This document shows positions 35,869 to 45,312 of a stretch of 45,312 nucleotides of DNA, one piece after another. Below the pieces are notes generated by a model that worked only from the letters and a program-made list of their open reading frames with translations, was not told where the DNA came from and did no database searches. Source of the DNA: Octopus bimaculoides. Taxonomy: Eukaryota. The stretch is taken from the NCBI RefSeq assembly GCF_001194135.2, contig NC_069006.1, positions 9,612,697-9,658,008 on the forward strand. The letters are read 5' to 3'. The position numbers and the translations under genes are program-made. Each line of letters begins with the position of its first letter. Positions within the stretch are counted from its first letter, which is position 1.

Positions 35869-35925
35869 TAATAATAATAATGATAATAATAATAATAATA
35901 ATGATGATAATAATAATAATAATAA
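35620..35925 (-). mobile_element. SINE family B variant abutting a (TAA)n microsatellite (35820-35925)
   Basis: Directly visible. Confidence 0.85.
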
Positions 35926-36503
35926 CGAGCACTCAGATAGTGCAAACTGCCGCCAAGGCAACACCAACGTTCTCTCAGCAATTAGCTGGAGATGATTTTT
36001 AAAATGAAAATATCTGAAATAAACTTGACTGCTCTCATAAACGAGAATACTAAAAATGTACTTGACTGCTCTCAAAAATTAAGTAAAAAAGCCAGAAAAA
36101 TAATCTAAAATCCTTGTCCAGTACTGGATCGATCGATCCCAAATCTAAAATCTAAATAAATATATCTGTATATGTAGATATATATATTTATCTAAATATA
36201 TATATATTGAGTGAGAGGTGAAGGGAGAGGAGATGAAATACTAATACAGTGAAGGAGAAGTAGTGAGAGTTAATAGCCATGATTGAGAGGGAGTGGGAGA
36301 AAGTAATGAGAGAGGAAACGAAGAGCATTGTATGAATGAGAAAGGAAGGGGTGATAGACAAATAATGAAGGAAGGAGTGAAAAAGCCAATAAACAGTATT
36401 TGAAGTTTGAGTATATGTGTGTGTAAAAGAGAGGTATGTTTGCAAGCGTATGTGTGTGTGTACAATGGAAATGCGATGGTACTGTTCAACACTGAAAATG
36501 TGA

Positions 36504-36541
<38 letters not shown>

Positions 36542-36589
36542 AAGAGAACCATGTGAAATTTTACATATACATGTAAAGAAAATATAAAA

Positions 36590-36775
36590 ATAATCCAGAA
36601 TCCTTGTCTGGTACTGGATCGATACCAAAATCTAATGAGACCGTGCCAGTCCCTGAAAGTTTCATCCCTGAAGTTTCATCTGAATCCATCCAACAGTTTT
36701 TGAGATATCTTATCCATGGACAAACAAACACAACTAAAAACAATACCTCCACCTTCACTTAGGCGGAGGTAATAA
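36590..36775. mobile_element. Possible Helentron/HINE-like end
   Basis: Terminal palindrome ACCTCCACC...GGCGGAGGT followed by AAT. The sub-terminal segment is partly repeated at about 36105-36150. Confidence 0.4.
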
Positions 36776-36859
36776 CAATAATAATCCTTTCTACTAAAGG
36801 CACAAAGGTTGTGGTCATTTATATCGACCCCAATGTTTCAGTGGTACTTAATTTATCGT

Positions 36860-37515
36860 GAGATGAAGAAGAAACAGTAAATCATATTGTCTCTGGCTGC
36901 CCAGTCCTGGCTCAGAAGGAATGTATTCAGACTCAACAGAGTTGGGATCTATATACACTGAAAGCTGTGCCAATACTATGGAATAAAAACAGAAAAAAGA
37001 TGGTATAGGCACACACCAGTAAAGGTCACAGAAAATGAGAAAGCAGCCATACTCTGGGATATGCCAATACACACAGATAGAGAAATTAAGGCAAATAGGC
37101 CAGATATAGTTGTCAGAGATCATCAAGAAATAAGATGTTTTCTAATTGATGTATCAATACCAACAGATGACAATGTTTCTCTAAAAGAAACAGAGAAACT
37201 TTCAAAATAGAAAGACCTGGAAATAGCGGCAACTTGAATGTGGAGCCTAAAATCAAACAATTCTTATTATAGTAGGTGCATTAGGTATGATGAAAAACAT
37301 TCAAACAAATACATAACAAAAATACCAGGACTAACAAGTATATATCACATACAAAAAATAGCACACATCCTATGTAAAACAGTTTCAAGACAGTAAAAAT
37401 GAGAGCATCACAACAAACCACAGCGCATACCCAAGGCACACAGCACTGTGCTTGGTAGTGCAGTGAAGGCACGTGATAAAAATAAGACCACTGAATAATG
37501 AAAATAATAACAATA
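36860..37515 (+). mobile_element. R4/Dong-like LINE 3' fragment (restriction-like endonuclease)
   Basis: ETVNHIVSGC..LA (CCHC remnant), LWDMPIHTDREIKANRPDIVV...LIDVSIP...KE.EKLSK, IIVGALG. Confidence 0.85.
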
Positions 37516-38568
37516 ACTGACTAGAAGCGTTATCATATGTTTTGGTATAAAAGATAGGCTACAGCAAATATTCTGCTCAATATCACAGATTTGCTTGTCA
37601 ATTACTTGACCATAACCAGTTGAGCATGTCCTTTGGTGGTTGACGACATGAGCATCTCTGATCACGAGCAGTGGAGGAGCATCATAGCCACGTGTTGAGA
37701 GGAATTCTTTGGGGTTTGAATAATTCACCTAGGTTAACATGGGTGTTTTGTCCAATATCCTTAAACAACCCTTATTCAGTGACCTTTCGAGAGGAATGGG
37801 CTACTCGACCTGAAGAAAATTCTAACTGGGCCCCACTGCCAGGGTCATGTGGTGTTTATTTTGACTATGAGATCATCTTGTTGTGCACATATGGTTGTGA
37901 TGCATGTGCCTGGAGTACCCTTATCAAATGGGTAGTCATGATGGGTATATTGGGCTTCGTATATTTGTACCCCAATGTCACTTTGATGGCATGCACTGCT
38001 TTCTCACACAATGGTGGTCTTGTGTCAGATGATGAAAAGTTATAGTGAGATAGAGAGACAGAAACAGGTGTTTGTTAATCCTTTCTATTACAAGCACAAG
38101 GCCCAAAATTTTCAGGATGGGGATAAGTTGATTATATCAACCCCAGTATGCAGCTGCTACTTAATTTTTTTGACCCTGAAAGAATGTAAGCTAAAGTCAA
38201 CCTTGGTGGAATTTGAAATCAGAATGTAGTGACAAACGAAATACCGCCAAGCGTTTCGCCTGGCTGCTAACAATTCTGCCAGCTCACTGCCTTACTCAAT
38301 AGTTATAATAATAATAACAACAATCCTTTCTATTAAAGGCAAAAGGCCTGAAATTTTGGGGGAGGGAACTAACTAATTATATTGCCCTCAGTGTTTCACT
38401 GGTACTTAATTTATCAACCCCAGAAAGACAAAAGGCAAAGTCAACCTTAGCGCAATTTCAACTCAGAACGTAGCAGCAAACGAAATACTGCTTAACATTT
38501 CACCTGGCTGCTAACAATTCTGCCAGCTCACCACCTTAGTAATAATAATAATAATAATAGTAATAACA

Positions 38569-39145
38569 ATATTGTCTCTGGCTGCCCAGTCATGGCTAAG
38601 AAGGAATTTATCCATAGACATGACAGAGTTAGGACCTGGAATGAGAACAGAAAAAAGACTTTATAGGCGTATCCCAGAAAATGACAAAGCAACCATAGTA
38701 TGAGATATGCCAATGCACAGAGATTGAGAGATCAAGGCTAATAGACCAGATATAGTTGCCAGAGACACCAAAAGGGAATGCATTCTAACTGACATATGAA
38801 ATCCAACAGATGATAATGTATCTGTAAAAGAAACAGAGAAACTCTCAAAATACAAAGATCTGAAAACAGAGATAACACAAATGTGGAGCCTAAAAAGAGA
38901 AACAATTACTATAATAATAGGTGCATTAATTATGATTTAAAAAAAAACATTCTGACAAATACATAACCAAAACACCAGGACTTACAAATGTATATAACAT
39001 ACAGAAAATAGCACTGCACCCATCCTATGTAAAACACATTGAATACAGTGAAAATAACATCACAAGCCAGAGCACATACCCAAGGTACACAGAGCTGTGC
39101 TCAGTGGTGCAGTGAAAGCATGTGATAATAAAACTACTGAATGAT
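38569..39145 (+). mobile_element. Second R4/Dong-like LINE fragment
   Basis: Homologous to 36860-37515, and its 5' junction lies in a (TAA)n run. Confidence 0.85.
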
Positions 39146-39254
39146 GAGAAGCATAATCCTTTCTACAATATGCACAAGGCCTGAAATTTAGGGTAGGAGG
39201 TTAGTTGATCACATCAACCCCCAGTTATATATATTATGTATATATATGCTATAT

Positions 39255-39470
39255 ATATATTAAATGCCTTGCCTAAGCACCTGAGGGATCTTCATGGAGT
39301 AGGGGTCAATGTTTTCAGGAAACAACTTCCTCTCCTGCTGTCCAAGGCCCCAGATGAACATACATCATGGCAAGAAACGCAAAATAGAGCAGCAGCATCA
39401 AACTCCCTCCATCACCAAAGGCCAATTGTATAAGAAGAGCCTTTGTAAAGGTGATTACACTGGCAGTGCC
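39255..39470 (+). mobile_element. CR1/L2-like LINE 3' end
   Basis: LNALPKHLRDL...VFRKQL..LL..APDE...RAAASNSL..Q is a typical C-terminal signature. Confidence 0.7.
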
Positions 39471-39887
39471 CCAGTATGGCCATAGCCTTTGGACTGAAAA
39501 GAATATTATATATATATTCTTTTATTTGTTTCAGTCATTTGTCTGAGGCCATGCTGGAGCACTATCTTAACAGGTGTTAGTTGGAGAAATTGACCCCAGG
39601 ACTTATTCTTTGTAAGCCTAGTACTTATTCTATTGGTCTCTTTTGCCAAACTGCTAAGTTATGGGGACATAAATACACCAGAATTGGTTGTCAAGTGATA
39701 TTGAGGGCAGTGGCCCGGGAACAAAATTTGCTTAGGGGGTGCAAACTCAGTTTCAAAATTTGGCATTACTGGAGAAGTGTGGATCCGAGTTCTGGGAGTG
39801 TGCATGTCACAAATTTGCACATGCGCCTGCGTTATTCGTAATTAGTCAAATTTAGCACACAGGTAAAAAACGAGACGCGCGCTACTT

Positions 39888-40215
39888 GCTGTAAATGGAG
39901 GGTGGGTTATCCATCTAATACAAGAAGAAAATTGCAGATAAATTGAATAAAAACATGAAAAATAACCAAATGATATTTCATTGAAAAGTAAACCATTCTG
40001 AAAGATAGTTCAGAATGTTTTCAAAACATTCATCTCCAGCTTTTCCCATATTTTATTAAGGGTTAGGGATTAGGGTTAGGGTTTAGGGTTAGGGTTTAAA
40101 GTTAGGGGAGGTGAATGTTTTTTCAGTATTCAATGATTATTTTTCACTTTTATATTCAGCTTATCTCTGCAATTTTCTTTTTGTATTACATGGATAACCC
40201 CGCTCCTTTTACAGC
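39888..40215. mobile_element. TIR element with an internal (TTAGGG)n tract
   Basis: GCTGTAAA...GGTTATCCAT.TAATACA arms are inverted over about 85 bp, with telomeric repeats at 40058-40108. Confidence 0.7.
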
Positions 40216-40470
40216 NNNNNNNNNNNNNNNNNNNNNNNNNNNNNNNNNNNNNNNNNNNNNNNNNNNNNNNNNNNNNNNNNNNNNNNNNNNNNNNNNNNNN
40301 NNNNNNNNNNNNNNNATATATATATATATATATATATATATACAAACACATGCATACACACAGATATGGTCCATTTACCAAATCCACTCACAGGGTATTG
40401 GTCAATCCAAGGCTATAGGTGTTGTACAATGCAACTGAACCTGAAATCACATGATTACAAAGTAAACTTC

Positions 40471-41270
40471 TTAACCCTTTTGATACCAGAAGTGGTTTCA
40501 GCCGGGTTGGTATTGAAAGGGTTATGAATTGTTTCTCTATTGTATATTTTAACCCTTTTGTTACCCTATTTCTGTTGAGATGCTCTGTTTTTCTTTCAAT
40601 TACTTTAAATATAACAAAGAATTTAGTAAAATAACTTAATTATCATTAATAGGAACATTAATTGTGACTAAGGTTTGGTGGAAGATTTTAATTCAAAACT
40701 TATGAAAACAAGACATTTGTACTACAGAGCCAGACGTGGTTTCAGCTAGGTTGGTAATGAAAGGGTTAAGAATTGTTTCTCTATTGTATATGTTAACCCT
40801 CTTGTTACCCTATTTCTGTTGAGATGCTCTGTGTTTCTTTCAATTACTTTAAACATAACAAAGAATTTAGTAAATTAACTTAATTATCATTAAGATAGTG
40901 TTAGGAACATAAATTGTGACTGAAGTTTGGTGGAAGATTTTAATTCAAAACTTATGAAAACAAGACATTTGTACTCAGAGCCAGGGGCAGGTTTCAGCTG
41001 GGTTGGTATCAAAAGGGTAAGAATTGTTTCTTTATTATATATTTTAACCCTTTTGTGACCCTATTTCTGTTGAGATGCTCTGTGTTTCTTTCAATTAATT
41101 TTAAATATAACAAAGAATTTAGTAAAATAACTTAGTTATCATTAAGCTAGTGTTAGGAACATTAATTGTGACTAAGGTTTGGTGGAAGATTTTTATTCAG
41201 AACTTTTGAAAAGACACTTGTACTACAGAGCCAGAGTTGGTTTCAGCCAGGTTGGTAACGAGAGGGTTAA
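40471..41270 (+). repeat. Tandem array of piggyBac-like MITEs: one mini unit plus 3 full units with a spacer of about 23 bp
   Basis: TTAA-bounded units at 40549, 40793 and 41044, with spacer GAATTGTTTCTCTATTGTATA. Confidence 0.9.
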
Positions 41271-41647
41271 TCACACAACCACACCCACAGCCTAGTTGAA
41301 GTTGATGATTCAATGATAGCAACAGGTGGCCTGATTTAAACAGGATGTCAGATAAGCAGGATATTACCAGTTTCAACTTCTGACTCTTCAATACTGTACA
41401 GCTATGGCCCAAATACTCGCTTATAAATAACCTAGTTTATTGTAAGTTGACAGAAGTTTGTTTGTCCGTTCCTTTGTTTGCATCCTAGAATGGGTTAAGT
41501 GTGAAGGGAGGTATTGTTTATTTCACAGGCCAGATGCTCTTCCAGTCTTTGAAGGCGTGAAATGTGTGGATGATTTGTCGATAGGAGGAATGACAACAAC
41601 AGCATTACTTGTAAGTAAGTGGCTTTCGTAATGTGGTAATGTAAACA

Positions 41648-41803
41648 GGCGAAGGAATGGCTGTGTGGTAAGTAGTTTGTTTACCAACCACATGTTTCTG
41701 GGTTCAGTCCCACTGCGTGGTACCTTGGGCAAGTATCTTCTACTATAGCCTCAGGCCGACCTTGTGAGTGGATTTGGAAGACGGAAACTGAAAGAAGCTC
41801 ATT

Positions 41804-41834
<31 letters not shown>

Positions 41835-42030
41835 CGTGTGTTTGTACCCCCAACATTACTCGACAACTGATGTTGGTGTGTTTACATCCCCATAACTTAG
41901 CGGTTTGGCAAAAGAGAGCGATAGAAGAAGTATTAGGCTTACAAAAATAAGTCCTGGGGCCAATTTGTTCGACTAAAGGTGGTGCTCCAGCATGGCCACA
42001 GTCAAATGACCAAAACAGATAAAAGAATTT
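41648..42030 (+). mobile_element. SINE family A
   Basis: Full head-to-tail similarity to the other copies. Confidence 0.85.
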
Positions 42031-42224
42031 TTAAAAAAGCATTCAGTCCACTCTGTAAAGTGGTTGGTGTTAGGAAGGGCATTCAGCTATAAAACCCCTG
42101 CCAAAACAAACAGTGAAGACTAGTGAAGTCTTCTGCCTAGCCAGCCCCTATCAAACCATCCAACCCATGCCAGCATGGAAGACGGATGTTAAATGAAGAT
42201 GATGATGAGGATCATGATTTCCCC

Positions 42225-42337
42225 ATTTTATCTTTGGTCAGCCTCTTGATCTTGTCCATTATCTTGGTGTCCATTCCGTCACCCCGATTGTCCATCTGTG
42301 CTCCTTCAGTTGTGCAATGTGGCCATCTATATTTCTT
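42225..42337 (-). mobile_element. RTE LINE C-terminal fragment
   Basis: GHIAQ..EHRWTIGVTEWTPR*WTRSRG*PKIKW motif. Confidence 0.65.
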
Positions 42338-43603
42338 NNNNNNNNNNNNNNNNNNNNNNNNNNNNNNNNNNNNNNNNNNNNNNNNNNNNNNNNNNNNNNN
42401 NNNNNNNNNNNNNNNNNNNNNNNNNNNAAACTACATCACTGTCATTTAAAAGGTACCCAGATAAGAAGCAATAAAAATCATATTTTACTGCTAATAAAAA
42501 AGAAGAGAAAATTACTATTTTTTAAATCTCACAACATGAGATATTCAGCAACAGTACTTTGTAGTAAAGATTGTTTGCCAACATAACATAGCAGTCCTAG
42601 TTTAGGATGAGCGTTGCTGTAATTTAGCCCCAGGAGACATCATTTCCAGCTGGCTATACGACATGATCTGTGTCCTTATATTTTCGAACAAGGGAATGTA
42701 GCACCCCCACTCAGCTCAAAACAATATCTGTGTATCATGATTTCTAGGTTATTTCTCTTCATCAGCACAGAAATAACTGTTCAGCTAGAGGTGGCGCTGC
42801 CAAATTCCTGTTTGAAATATATAGTTTTTAAAGTGGACAACTAGTCACTAATTTATAAATGAGAAAATTACTATTTCTTAAATCTCATAACATGAGATAT
42901 TCAGCAACAGTACTTTGTAGTAAAGATTGTTTGCCAACATAACATGGCAGTCCTGGTTTAGGACGAATGTTTTATTTCCACATCTTCCATTTATCGATGC
43001 ATTTGTGAAGACAGAAGATATTGTCACAGAGTTTTAAGATTTTGATGTTCATTCACAACTTTTCTGCACTACTCCCATCACAAAATTGAAAATCGTGAAA
43101 AAAATGCTCCACCCTACTATATGACATGGAAACGGAGTAATTGGCCTTATGAGTCCTAAGGGTCAAGAAGAATAAAAAGAAAATGCGCAAGTATGGCTGT
43201 GTAGTAAGAAGCCTGCTTCCCAACTGCAAGGTCCTAGGTTTAGTCTCACCACATGTCGCCTTAGGCAAGTGTCTTCTACTACAGCCTCAGGCCAACCTAA
43301 GCCTTGTGAGTGGATTTGGTAGAGGTAAACTGAAAAAAGTTTGTCATATATATATCATCATCATCGTTGTTTAACGTCCGCTTTCCATGCTGCATGAGCT
43401 GGACAGTTTGACTGAGGACTGGCAAGCCAGTGGGCTGCACCAGGCACCAATGTGATCTGGCAAAATTTCTACAGCTGGATGTCCTTCCTAGCGCCAACCA
43501 CTCAGAGAGTGTAGTGGGTGCTTTTATGTGCCACCAGCATGAGGGCCAGTACTGGCAACGATCACACTCAAATGGTGTTTTTTATATGCAACCGGCACGG
43601 GAG

Positions 43604-43678
<75 letters not shown>

Positions 43679-44629
43679 GTGTACATGTATGTATATATAT
43701 ATATATATATATATATGATTAGTTGAAATATGTTTGTCATATATTTCAACTGCTAAATGCAAATACACTGCAGTTACCATGGAGAAAAATCTCTCTTATG
43801 GTAAAAAGGTGTGACAACACTAAGTTTGTTCAGTATCGCCCTCTCTTGGGAATCTCAGGCATCGATATTTTGAGTTTATTGACTCTTGTCGATGAGATGT
43901 AGCTAAGAGAGACAAGTCTATCTTATGGCAAAAATATTCATGTGTGTGACTTTGCATTTGTGTTTGTCCCCACCTCCATCACTTGATAAGCAATGTTGGT
44001 GTGTTTATGGCCATGTAACTTAGTGGTTCGGCAACAGAGACCGATAGAATAAGTACCAGGCGTAAAAAATTAAGTCCTGGGGTTGATTTGTTCAACTAAA
44101 ACCCTTCAAGGTGGTGCTCCGGCATGGCCACAGTCAAAGGACTGAAACAAGTAAACCGAGAAAAGGTATTAAAGCCACTCAACCATGAACGGATTGTTGC
44201 TGCTGTCATTGTCCCTCAACCATTACATCACCCACTTCAACAGAAACAAACCACTGACCTCGGCAACGTGCAACACCAACAACATTATAGAGTTATATTT
44301 CTTATCCTCCACCGCCAACACCATAACACCCCCACCATAACTTAGCAGTTCGGCAATAGAAACTGATGGAATAAAGTTAGAAGACTTTAAACATAAAAAA
44401 AGGGGCGGGGCATCGTAAGTACGGGGGTGGATTGATTGGACCAAATCCTTCAAGGTGGTGCTCCAGCATGGCTGCAGTCCAGTGAATGAGAGAGATTAAA
44501 GGGTAAAAGAAAAATAGATCTGCTGAACCAGGACTGACCAAAGGCTAAACAATAGCAACAGCAACAACCACAAACTGACCCCTGTTAACACCCATCACCT
44601 CCTCCCCCGCCTCTCTTCTCTATACTCAC

Positions 44630-45312
44630 CAACACTACTACTACTACTGCTGCTATGACTACTACTACTACTATTACAACTATTACTGCTACTGTGATTA
44701 CTACTACTTCAACTGCTGCTGCTACTTACTACTACTACTGCTACTACCTACTACTACTAATATTATTACTACTGCTACTACTACTGCTACTTCTACTACT
44801 GCTGCTGCTATGACTACTACTATTACTACTACTTCAACTACTGCTGCTACCTACTACTACTAATATTATTACTACTACTACTACTACTACTACTACTGGT
44901 GACCCACAGACAGGCCCACCAACACTACCTTGATGACCTCCACTACAGAAGCAACACCACCATCATCATCACTGACATCACCCTCTTCACCACCACTACT
45001 ACAATTGTTACTGCTACTACTAAGAGTGACACTACCACAATGACCTCCACTACAGAACAAAAACCACTATCATCACTGTTACAATCATCATCATCATCAT
45101 TACCACCACCACCACCACTACTGCCATCACCGCCCACTGCCACCGCCATCATCCTCATCATTGCCACCGCCATCACCGCCCACTGCCATCATCCTCATCA
45201 TTGCCACCGCCATCACCACCACTGCTATCATCCTCATTGTTACCGCCGCCTCCACCACCACCACTGCCACTATAACCACTACAGCCTCCATTACAGAACC
45301 AAGTCTTGTTAT
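44630..45312. repeat. (CTA)n and (CAT/CAC/CGC)n trinucleotide low-complexity tract
   Basis: Directly visible. Confidence 0.95.

Noticed and set aside
40471-41270. Repeat-spacer arrangement resembling CRISPR
   Set aside because: The units are about 225-bp TTAA-bounded MITEs, the spacers are near-identical rather than unique, the context is eukaryotic and there are no cas genes.
41368-41431. Possible upstream host exon LFISEYLGHSCTVLKSQKLKL (phase 0 out)
   Set aside because: The acceptor has almost no pyrimidine tract, and it would duplicate the E-Y-x-G segment expected at the next junction.
41529-41610. Plus-strand exon-like segment (R)PDALPVFEGVKCVDDLSIGGMTTTALL with CAG and GTAAGT
   Set aside because: The acceptor overlaps a SINE C-like motif (ACAGGCCAGATGCTCTTCC), it has no partner exons, and the peptide is unrecognised.
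42786-42798. CTCF-like motif as a standalone regulatory feature
   Set aside because: A single motif match is expected by chance in 45 kb.

Overview
This is eukaryotic, AT-rich, gapped draft-assembly DNA. The SINE families point to an octopod cephalopod, which is an inference. Most of the window is intronic and filled with tRNA-derived SINEs, LINE fragments (RTE, CR1-like, R4/Dong-like, Penelope-like), DNA transposons (three mariners, Merlin, hAT and piggyBac-like MITEs) and microsatellites. The ORF track misses a spliced minus-strand gene, which I rebuilt by hand from GT-AG exons with matching phases. The well-supported exons are 35439-35579, 33548-33662, 19592-19715, 16314-16487, 12122-12205, 11097-11240 and 9022-9083; 29127-29211 and 23244-23293 are tentative. 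The gene encodes a Nudix-like N-terminal region followed by two degenerate EF-hands and a basic linker. From memory it resembles an uncharacterised invertebrate family with a C-terminal PPP Ser/Thr phosphatase domain, but that domain is not visible in this window. Other notable items are a fold-back mariner with two 5' ends, a near-identical 203-bp inverted pair bracketing one in-frame exon, degenerate hammerhead-ribozyme motifs, TIR elements carrying telomeric repeats, a tRNA-Thr-like sequence next to a 52-bp hairpin, and a signal-peptide ORF whose splice donor lies inside a palindrome. There are no prokaryotic features and no CRISPR array.
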